Origin: Mobula hypostoma
Lineage: Eukaryota
Reading direction: 5' to 3'
NCBI RefSeq assembly: GCF_963921235.1
Contig: NW_026948140.1
Coordinates: 186,001 to 250,000, forward strand
DNA length: 64,000 nucleotides
Shown: in pieces, positions 25,874 to 36,049 of the stretch
Layout of the letters: the number at the start of each line of letters is the position of its first letter
How positions within the stretch are numbered: position 1 is the stretch's first letter
Position numbers and translations under genes: made by a program
The notes under the pieces: model-generated
What the model was told of the DNA's origin: nothing
The model's database searches: none
What the model saw: the letters and a program-made list of their open reading frames with translations, nothing else

Positions 25874-25915
25874 TTAAAAGCACAGTTCATGGGGATAATT
25901 CTGGATCCCGTCACA
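25119..25915 (-). repeat. 5' LTR of the provirus
   Basis: TGTCA...TCACA. Adjacent to the PBS. Confidence 0.95.
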
Positions 25916-25949
25916 CAGGATAAAAAGAAGTAGTCCCCATACAAGCAAC

Positions 25950-27120
25950 TAGTCAATAAGAAAAGAAGAGCTTATGAAAGGTTCAAAAAACTAGGTAATG
26001 ATAGAGACCTAGAAAATTATAAGGCTGGCAGGAAGGAGCTTAAGAAAGAAATTAGTAGAGCCAGAAGAGACTATGAGAAGGCCTTGATGGACAGGATTAA
26101 GGAAAACCCCAAGCATTCTACAAGTATGTGAAGAGCATAAGACATAAGACATGAGAGAATAAGAACAATCAAGTGTGACAGTGGAAAGGTGTGTATCAAA
26201 CTGGAGAAGATAGCAGAGGTACATAATGAATACTTTGTTTCAGTATTCATTATGGAAGAGGATCTTGGTGATTGTAGGGATGACTTACAGGAGACTGAAA
26301 AGCTTGAGCATGTAGATATTAAGAAAGAGGATGTGCTGGAGCTTTTGGAAAGCATCAAGTTGGATAAATCAGTGGGACCGGATGAGATGTACCCCAGGCT
26401 ACTGTGGAAGGCGAGAGAGGAGATTGCTGACCCTCTGGCAACGATCCTTGCATCATCAATAGGGACGGGAGAGGTTCTGGAGGATTGGAGGGTTGTGGAT
26501 TTTGTTCCATTATTCAAGAAAGGGAGGAGAGAGAGTCCAGGAAATTATAGACCAGTGAGTCTTAATTCAGTGGTTGGAAAGTTGATGGAGAAGATCCTGA
26601 GAGGCAGGATTTGTGAACATTTGGACAGGCATAATATGATTAGGAATATTAATCCAGCATGACTTTGTGAAAGGCAGGTCATGCCTTACGAGCCTGACTG
26701 AATTTTTTGAGGATGTGACTAAACACATTGATGAAGGAAGAGCAGTAGATGTAGTGTATATGGATTTCAGCAAGGCATTTGACAAGGTACCCAGTGCAAG
26801 GCTTATTAAGAAAGTAAGGAGGCATGGAATCCAAGGGGACATTTCTTTGTGGATCCAGAACTGGCTTGCCCACAGAAGGCAAAGAGTAGTTGTAGATGGA
26901 TCATATTCTGCATTGAGGTTGGTGAGCAGTGGTCTGCCTCAGGGCTCCGTTCTGGGACCCCTACTGTTCGTGATTTTTATAAATGATCTGGATGAGGAAG
27001 TGGAGGGATGGGTTAGTAAATTCGCTGATGATACAAAGGTTGGGTTTGTTGTGGATAGTATGGAAGGCTGTCAGAGGTTAATGCAGGACATTGATAGGTT
27101 GCAAAACTGGGCTCTGAAGT
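25950..27120 (+). mobile_element. CR1 RT fragment
   Basis: [32 protein letters not shown]. Confidence 0.92.
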
Positions 27121-27392
27121 ATAAGCTGAACAAGTGCTACACATGCCCTTACACTTCGTCCCTTACCACCATTCAGGGCCCCAGACAGTCCCTCCAGGTG
27201 AGACGATTCTTCACCTGTGAATCGGCTTGGGTGATATACCGCACCTGGTGCTCCCGATGTGGCCTTCTATATATTGGCGAGACCCAACGCAGACTGGGAG
27301 ATCATTTTTCTGAACACCTATGCTCTGTCTGCCAGAGAAAGCAGGATCTCCCAGTGGACACACATTTTAATTCCACATCGCATTCCCATTTT

Positions 27393-29474
27393 TGCAGGGA
27401 AATGTACTATGGACATGTGGTCGATGTTTAGAGATCTCTTGTGGGATGTTAGGGATAAATTTGTCCCCGTGAGGAAGATAAAGAATGGTAGGGTGAAGGA
27501 ACCATGGGTGACAAGTGAGGTGGAAAATCTAGTCAGGTGGAAGAAGGCAGCATACATGAGGTTTCGGAAGCAAGGATCAGATGGGTCTATTGAGGAATAT
27601 AGGGAAGCAAAAAAGAAGCTTAAGAAGGGGCTGAGAAGAGCAAGAAGGGGGCATGAGAAGGCCTTGGCGAGTAGGGTAAAGGAAAACCCCAAGGCATTCT
27701 TCAATTATGTGAAGAAAAAAAGGATGACAGGAGTGAAGGTAGGACCGATTAGAGATAAAGGTGGGAAGATGTGCCTGGAGGCTGTGGAAGTGAGCGAGGT
27801 CCTCAATGAATACTTCTCTTCGGTATTCACCAATGAGAGGGAACTTGATGATGGTGAGGACAATATGAGTGAGGTTGATGTTCTGGAGCATGTTGATATT
27901 AAGGGAGAGGAGGTGTAGGAGTTGTTAAAATACATTAGGACAGATAAGTCCCCAGGGCCTGAGGGAATATTCCCCAGGCTGCTCTTCAAGGCGAGAGAAG
28001 AGATTGCTGAGCCTCTGGCTAGGATCTTTATGTCCTCGTTGTCCACGAGAATGGTACCGGAATATTGGAGGGAGGCGAACGTTGTCCCCTTGTTCAAAAA
28101 ATGTAGTAGGGATAGTCCGGGTAATTATAGACCAGTGAGCTTTACCTCTGTAGTGGGAAAGCTGTTAGAAAAGATTCTTAGAGATAGGATCATCTATTTA
28201 GAGAATCATCATCTGATCAGGGACAGTCAGCATGGCTTTGTGAAGGGCAGATCATGTCTAACAAGCCTGATAGAGTTCTTTGAGGAGATGACCCTATAGA
28301 TGAGGGTAGTGCAGTGGATGTGATCTATATGGATTTTAGTAAGGCATTTGACAAGGTTCCACACAGTAGGCTTATTCAGAAAGTTAGAAGGCATGGGATC
28401 CAGGGAAGTTTGGCCAGGTGGATTCAGAATTGGCTTGCCTGCAGAAGGCAGAGGGTTGTGGTGGAGGGAGCACTTTCAGATTGGAGGATTGTGACTAGTG
28501 GTGTCCTACAAGGATCTGTTCTGGGACCTCTACTTTTCGTGATTCTTATTAACGACCTGGATGTGGCGGTAGAAAGGTGGGTTGGCAAGTTTGCAGACGA
28601 CACAAAGGTTGGTGGTGTTGTAGATAGTGTAGAAGATTGTCAAAGATTGCAGAGAGACATTGATAGGATGCAGGAGTGGGCTGAGAAGTGGCAGATGGAG
28701 TTCAACCCAGGGAAGTGTGAGGTGGTACACTTTGGAAGGACAAACTCCAAGGCAGAGTACAAAGTAAATGGCAGGATACTTGGTAGTGTGGAGGAGCAGA
28801 GGGATCTCGGTGTACATATCCACAGATCCCTGAAAGTTGCCTCACAGGAGAATAAGGTAGTTAAGAAAGTTTATGGGGTGTTAGCTTTCATAAGTCGAGG
28901 GATAGAGTTTAAGAGTTGCGATGTAATGATGCAGCTCTATAAAACTCTGGTTAGGCCACATTTGGAGTACTGTGTCCAGTTCTGGTCACCTCACTATAGA
29001 AAGGATGTGGAAGCATGAGAAGATTTACCAGGATGCTGCCTGGTTTAGAAAGTATGCATTATAATCAGAGATTAAAGGAGCTATGGCTTTACTCTTTGGA
29101 GAGAAGGAGGATGAGAGGAGACATGATAGAGGTGTACAAGATAATAAGAGGAATAGATAGAGTGGATAGCCAGCGCCTCTTCCCCAGGGCACCACTGCTC
29201 AATACAAGAGGACGTGGCTTTAAGGTAAGGGGTGGGAAGTTCAAGGGGGATATTAGAGGAAAGTTTTTTACTCAGAGAGTGGTTGGTGCGTGGAATGCAC
29301 TGCCTGAGTCACTGGTGGAGGCAGATACACTAGTGAAGTTTAAGAGACTACTGGACAGGTATATGGAGGAATTTAATTTGGGGGTTTATATGGGAGGCAG
29401 GGTTTGAGGGTCAGCACAACATTGTGGGCCGAAGGGCCTGTACTGTGCTGTACTATTCTATGTTCTATGTTCTG
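27393..29474 (+). mobile_element. CR1, 5'-truncated
   Basis: RT motifs and a (TTCTATG)n tail. Near-identical to the reverse complement of 62437-64000. Confidence 0.95.
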
Positions 29475-29915
29475 TGTTCTGATATGTCTATCCATGGCCT
29501 CCTCTACTGTAAAGATGAAGCCACACTCAGGTTGGAGGAACAACACCTTATATTCCGTCTGGGTAGCCTCCAACCTGATGGCATGAACATTGACTTCTGA
29601 AACTTCTGCTAATGCCCCACCTCCCCCTCGTACCCCATCTGTTATTTATTTATATACACAGGTTCTTTTTTCTCTCTCTCCTTTTTCTCCTTCTGTGCCT
29701 CTCACTATACCCCTTGCCCATCCTCTGGGTTATTTCTCCCCCTCCCCCTTTTCCTTCTCCCTGGGCCTCCTGTCCCATGATCCTCTCATATCCCTTTTGC
29801 CAATCACCTGTCCAGCTCTTGGCTCCATCTCTCCCCCTCCTGTCTTCTCCTATCATTTCGGATCTCCCCCCCCGCCACCCCACTTTCAAATCTCTTACTA
29901 ACTCTTCCTTCAGTT

Positions 29916-29951
29916 AGTCCTGACGAAGGGTCTCAGCCCGAAACGTCGACT
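29916..29951 (+). ncRNA. Minimal type-I hammerhead ribozyme motif, core intact
   Basis: AGTC-CTGACGA-A-GGG-TCTCAG-CCC-GAAAC-GTC-GACT. Confidence 0.8.
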
Positions 29952-31330
29952 GTACCTCTTCCTAGAGATGCTGCCTGGCCTGCTGCATTCACCAGCAAAG
30001 TTAATGTGTGTTGCTTGAATTTCCAGCATCTGCAGAATTCCTCGTGTTTACAGATTATAACACAGGATGGTTTTCAGACATTCAAATGTCTCCTGGCAAA
30101 GGTCACTCCATACAAATCTTTCCCTCTTCCCTGGGAGTTTTGTTAGGGGGAGAGCGATGTCAGCAAAGTTCTTACAAAACTTATGATAAGACCCTACCAT
30201 TTCTAAAAAACTTCTCAAAGCTTTCTTGTCAGTTGGAACAGGAACCTCAGCAATAGCTTGAACCTTGGCCTGTACAGGAGCCAGTTGGCCCTGGCCGACC
30301 ACATAGCCAAGATCAATAACGGTAACATGACTAAACTCACTTTTAGCGAGGTTCACAGTAAGATTGGCCTTGGAAAGTCTGTCAAACAGTTTTTGTACAG
30401 CTGCAATATGCTCTTCCCACGTGTCAATCCAGACCACTATATTATTGATATAAGTCCCTGTGTTTTCTAAACCTCTACTCACAGAATTGATCATTCTTTG
30501 AAATGTCTCTGGAGCATTTTCCATCCCGAAGTGTAAAACATTGTATTCATACAGTCTAGATGGTGTCACAAATGCTGATATCTCTCGCCCTCTCTGTCAA
30601 ATGAACACCCCAGTATTCTGTTAACAAGTCAATCTTTATAAGGTATTTAGCCTTCCCCACTCTATCAATACAGTCATTCACTCTCTTTCCTTGTTCTTTC
30701 CTATTTCCAATTTCTTGTTTAACCATTTTACTTCTCTCAAAGTTCATTCTGTGAAGATGCTGTTTCATGGGCCGGGCTGAATTTATAATGGCGGTTACAC
30801 TGCACCTGTGCACCGCTTCAGACCACCAGAACATAAATCTTTATGTTTGCCAGTTCGTTCTCTCACTTGCTTTTGCGGTTTCGGGTCCAACTGATGGACC
30901 TTATCAGTAATATTTTTCAAAACAATGGAATTTTGACATCTTGGTGAGACTAGATTCAGTGGGTAAACATGTTTTTCCACTCCAGTATCAGATTCCATGA
31001 CTCCATTTTGTTCCATAACAATTCTCCCAAGCGCCATTCTTCCAAACAAGCGTTTTATTTTGATTCGACCGTTCTGTAAACTCTCCTTTGCAAGGACACA
31101 AATCTTAATCAATCCCTTCCAGAGTTCTAAAACATAATTAAGCACACTGACACGTGTTTCCAAATCAGACCATGGTTCTCTGAGTAGGGTCAAAGGTCCT
31201 TTTGGCCTGTAACTGAACACAGGTTCCAACAGACTACCCTCCAATGCCTTCTGAATCAAATCTTCAACAATAAATAAGAAGAGGGGAACCCCTTCATCCC
31301 AATTTTTCCCATTTTTCACACAGTATGTTT

Positions 31331-31883
31331 GTTTTTCTTTGTCTTTAAATCTTTTTATTAATTATTATTGAAAATCAACAACAGAGAAAAATACATCAAA
31401 ATAATCAAAACAACATATCCATATGTAGAATAAGAGTTAAACTATCAACAAAACTGAACAGTATATCAATAATAATTTTTAAACAATGTTTTTATGGAAA
31501 AAAGAAAGAAAGAAAAAAAAACCCTACTAACTAAAACAAAAAAACCCCTAATAACAAAAAAAATGGGAAAAAAATTCATTTGGAGCAGAAACCTGGAGCT
31601 ATACGCCATACGAGCTTCCATAAAAAAAAGACATCAATCCACCAACCAAATCCATATACCCAAGCATCAGAAAAGGATCATCTTTATTAACTCAAATCAA
31701 ATGATAATAACGGACAAAAGAACCCTACTTTTTATCGAAGTCAAATCTAGGATCAAAAGTTCGACTTTTTAGACATAACATCACCTGAGAGACCCATTAT
31801 ATCAGAGTGGGAGCAGAGGCATCTTTCCATTTTGATAAAATAGCCCTTCTAGCCAATAATGTGACAAATGCAATTACTACAAA
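31331..31883 (-). mobile_element. L1 3' fragment flanked by a ~150-bp direct duplication
   Basis: The minus strand encodes IAFVTLLARRAIL. Similar to 54809-55270. T-rich tail at the left end. Confidence 0.8.
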
Positions 31884-32172
31884 TGAGTAGGGTCAAAGAT
31901 CCTTTTGGCCTGTAACTGAACGCAGGTTCCAACAGACTACCCTCCAATGCATTCTGATCAAATCTTCAACAATAAATAAGAAGAGGGGAACCCCCTCATC
32001 CCAATTTTTCCCATTTTTCACACAATATGTTTTAATCATGGTTTTAGAAGTTGAGTTGAACCGTTCCAAGTCTCCCTTGGACTCTGTGTGATATGGAGAT
32101 GACACAATTTTCTTAGCTTCCAATTCTCCACCTATCCCCTAGAATGTTCTCAAAGTAAAGTTACTACCCTGG

Positions 32173-33720
32173 GTATCCCCTCGGACCTAGAAGGAGACTA
32201 GTGTTGAAATTGCAGGGGCCCTGGCAGATATATTTAAAATGTCGGTGTCTACGGGTGAGGTGCCGGAGGATTGAAGAATGGCTCATGTTGTTCCGTTGTT
32301 TAAAAAAGGATCGAAAAGTAATCTGGAAAATTATAGGCTGGTAAGTTTGACGTCAGTAGTGGGTAAGTTATTGGAGGGAGTACTAAGACACAGAATCTAC
32401 AAGCATTTGGATAGACTGGGACTTATTAGGGACAGTCAACATGGCTTTGTGCGTGGTAGGTCATGTTTGACAAATCTATTGGAGTTTTTCGAGGAGGTTA
32501 CCAGGAAAGTGGATGAAGGGAAGGCAATGGATGTCGTCTACATGGACTTCAGTAAGGCCTTTGACAAGGTTCCGCATGGGAGGTTAGGTAGGAAAATTCA
32601 GTCGCTAGGTATACATGGAGAGGTGGTAAATTGGATTAGACATTGGCTCAATGGAAGAAGCCAAAGAGTGGTAGTAGAGAATTGCTTCTCAGAGTGGAGG
32701 CCTGTGACTAGTGGTATGCCACAGGGATCAGTGCTGGGTCCATTGTTATTTGTCATCTATATCAATGATCTGGATGATAATGTCGTAAATTGGATCAGCA
32801 AATTTGCTGATGATACACAGATTGGAGGTGTAGTGGACAGTGAGGAAGGTTTTCAAAGCTTGCAGAGGGACTTGGACCTGTTGGAAAAATGGGCTGAAAA
32901 ATGGCAGATGGAGTTTAATACAGACAAGTGTGAGGTATTGCACTTTGGAAGGACAAAACAAGGTAGAACATACAGGGTAAATGGTAAGGCACTGAGGAGT
33001 GTAGTAGAACAGAGGGATCTGGGAATACAGATACAAAATTCCCTAAAAGTGGCGTCACAGGTAGATAGGGTCGTAAAGAGAGCTTTTGGTACATTGGCCT
33101 TTATTAATCAAAGTATTGAGAATAAGAGCTGGACTGTTATGATGAGGTTGTATAAGGCATTGGTGAGGCCGAATCTGGAGTATTGTGTTCAGTTTTGGTC
33201 ACCAAATTACGGGAAGGATATTAATAAGGTTGAAAGAGTGCAGAGAAGGTTTACAAGGATGTTGCTGGGACTTGAGAAACTCAGTTACAGAGAAAGGTTG
33301 AATAGGTTAGGACTTTATTCCCTGGAGCGTAGAAGAATGAGGGGAGATTTGATAGAGGTATATAAAATTATGATGGGTATAGATAGAGTGAATGCAAGCA
33401 GGCTTTTTCCACTGAGGCAAGGGGAGAAAAAACACAGAGGGCATGGGTTAAGGGTGAGGGGGGAAAAGTTTAAAGGGAACATTAGGGGGAGCTTCTTCAC
33501 ACAGAAAGTGGTGGGAGTGGTGAAATGAGCTGCCAGACGAGGTGGTAAATGTGGGTTCTTTTTTAATATTTAAGAATAAATTGGACAGATACATGGATGG
33601 GAGGTGTATGGAGGGATACGGTCCGTGTGCAGGTCAGTGGGACTAGGCAGAAAATGGTTTGGCACAGCCAAGAAGGGCCAAAAGGCCTGATTCTGTGCTG
33701 TAGTTTTTCTATGGTTTCTA
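32173..33720 (+). mobile_element. CR1, 5'-truncated, with a 416-aa open RT stretch
   Basis: ORF 32278-33528 and a CTATGGTTTCTA tail. Inserted in the Gypsy integrase. Confidence 0.95.
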
Positions 33721-34995
33721 AATTGAATTTCTTTGGGCAGACCTACCAGTGTGTAAAACTTACTGAATGACTTCAGCACAGCCTTGACCTCAATATTTTC
33801 AAAAGACGCTACTTCAGGGAACCTGGACGCAGCACACATAATTGTTAACACATACTGATAACCAGCTGCAGTCTTTAGCAATGGGCCTACACAATCTATT
33901 GTGACCCCAGAAAAAGGTTCACCAAAAGCAGGTATCGGTTTAAGTAGTATTACCTGGATAACCTTATTAGATTTCCCCATAACTTGACAGGTATTGTAAG
34001 TCATGTTACAATTCACAACATCCTTTTTTAAACTAGGCCAGTAAAATTCCTTCATAATCCTGTTCACTGTCCTTTTCATTCTATAATGTCCACCTAATGT
34101 CCCCAGGATCAATAAAGTATGACTATGACTAAAGGCATACTCTCAGTCATGTTTAAAATTTCAGCCCTGTAAACTTCCGGAACCACCACGTGACTTGCAG
34201 GCACAGTGACTGGTCTCCACCTCCTCATCAACATCCCATCTTTAACATAATATCCCACTGTCTCTCTCCGAACCTCCTCTCCTGTGAGAGCTATCTCCTT
34301 TAAAGCCACCATTTCAGAATCTTGCTTCTGTTCCTCTATAAATTCCTGCCTTATACAGCTTACTCTCATCAGCCTTACTACCCTCTAAGTCCTACTGAAA
34401 TCTGGAAGGTAGAAAAGTCTGTGACACATCCTCATAATTTAAACCTCTGGTTTTGCTATCATGGGCCCCAACAGGCTTCCTAACCATGCGGGTATCTACC
34501 CAGGGGGGGATGAACATCAATCTTTCTGTGTGATTCCTTAGCAACAGCCTTGTTCATCAGCTGAGCAGCTATATCAACCTTATTTTGGAGAGGGGTCAAC
34601 ATTTCTCCATTGTTTACTAAACTTAGTACCATCACCAGGCTTATAAGAACCATGTATACATAGTGGAGGAGACCAAGCAATGCACCCATCTGATTGCGAC
34701 TTTCACTTTGACTTGCTTCCATAACAACTTCCACCCCAAAATCATAACAATTCTTCTTCTTCACAACACCATAACCTTGCAGGTGTGTACTTCCACATGT
34801 CCAAACAAAATTCCACAGAGCAGCACATCCTATCTCAGCAGGACTTTGGAATGGAATTTAGGAGCTGAGAGGTAATGTTGCAGCTATATAAGTCCCTGGT
34901 CAGACTCCACTTGGAGTACTGTGCTCAGTTCTGGTCGCCTCACTACAGGAAGGATGTGGAAGCCATAGAAAGAGTGCAGAGAAGATTTACAAGGA

Positions 34996-35632
34996 TTAGA
35001 TTAGATTAGATTATGAGGACATGCAGTCCTCTTTTATTGTCATTTAGTAATGCATGCATTAAGAAATGATACAATGCTTTTCCAGAATGATATCACAGAA
35101 ATACATGACAAACCAACTTAAAAACTGACAGAAACCACATAATTATAACATATAGTTACAACAGTGCAAAGCATACCATAATTTGAGAAAAACAGGACAT
35201 GCGCACGGTAAAAGTCTCAAAGTCTCTTGAAAGTCCCAACATCTCATGCAGACGGTGAACCTCCAGCGCCGCAAACTTGCCGATGCAGCATCCTGGAAGC
35301 ATCCGACCACAGTCCGAGTCCGAGTCCGTCTGAAAACTCCGAGCCTCCGACCAGCTCTCCGACACCGAGCATCATCTCTGCTGAGCGCTTCCACCCCGGC
35401 CCCGGCAACAGACAATAGGCAAAGCCGAGGATTCAGGGCCTTCCCCTCCGGAGATTCTCGATCACACAGTAGCAGCGGCAGCAAAGCAGGTATTTCAGAA
35501 GTTTCTCCAGGTGTTCCTCCGTGCTTCTTCATGTCTGTCTCCATCAAATCAGGATTGTGCACAACATCCTATTTCACAAATATGATATCATCCGGAACGG
35601 CCGCGCGTGCTGCGTCATGCCGCCATCTTCTC
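34996..35632 (-). mobile_element. Non-autonomous ~600-bp retroelement, probably full length
   Basis: Starts AAGATGGCG on the minus strand and ends in (CTAAT)n. Interrupts a CR1 at AAGGAT|GTTGCC. Confidence 0.8.
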
Positions 35633-36049
35633 CTGGATGTTGCCTGGATTGGGGAGCATGCCCTATGACTATTCCTAATCATATTATACCTCTCCAATGT
35701 TCATAAATCCTGCCTCTCAGGATCTTCTCCATCAACTTACCAACCACTGAAGTAAGATTCACTGGTCTATAATCAGTCCAGGATGTAGCCTGGATTTGGG
35801 AGCATGCCTTATGGAAAAAGGTTGAGTGAACTCTGCCTTTTTCTCCTTGGAGCGACGGAGGATGAGAGGTGACCTGACAGAGGTGTATAAGATGATGGGA
35901 GGCATTGATCGTGTGGATAGTCAGGCAACAGATCATATATAGTGCTAAGGTGCGTCATACTCTAAAGGAAATAGATCCTTACTTTACAAAGTGCTCTTCA
36001 CTTGTCAAAAATCTCACAAAACTCACAACTACATTGTGACTAGAAACAG

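Larger units (their letters stand above)
16952..25915 (-). mobile_element. Full-length, defective Gmr1-like Ty3/Gypsy LTR retrotransposon with nested insertions
   Basis: Two homologous LTRs, PBS, PPT, and domain order gag-PR-IN-RT-RNase H. TSD CAAG (16948-16951) / CAGG (25916-25919), one mismatch. Confidence 0.95.
27121..30048 (+). mobile_element. Penelope-like element 3' part (27121-27392 and 29475-30048) split by a CR1
   Basis: KCYTCPY..FTCESAWVIY..WCSRCGLLYIGETQRRL (GIY-YIG). The sequence rejoins as CCCATT|CTGATATGTC. Confidence 0.9.
30050..34620 (-). mobile_element. Second, more decayed Gmr1-like internal region (PR remnant-IN-RT), no LTRs seen
   Basis: GGHY..C..CQ, IDCVGPL, WDEGVPLFLF, YEYNVLHFGMENAP and FSHVTVIDLG. 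Same IN-before-RT order. Split by L1 and CR1 insertions. Confidence 0.88.

Noticed and set aside
26667..27431. Apparent RT + GIY-YIG fusion ORF (254 aa)
   Set aside because: It is a chance in-frame junction of a truncated CR1 with a Penelope fragment at ~27120, and both parts are incomplete.
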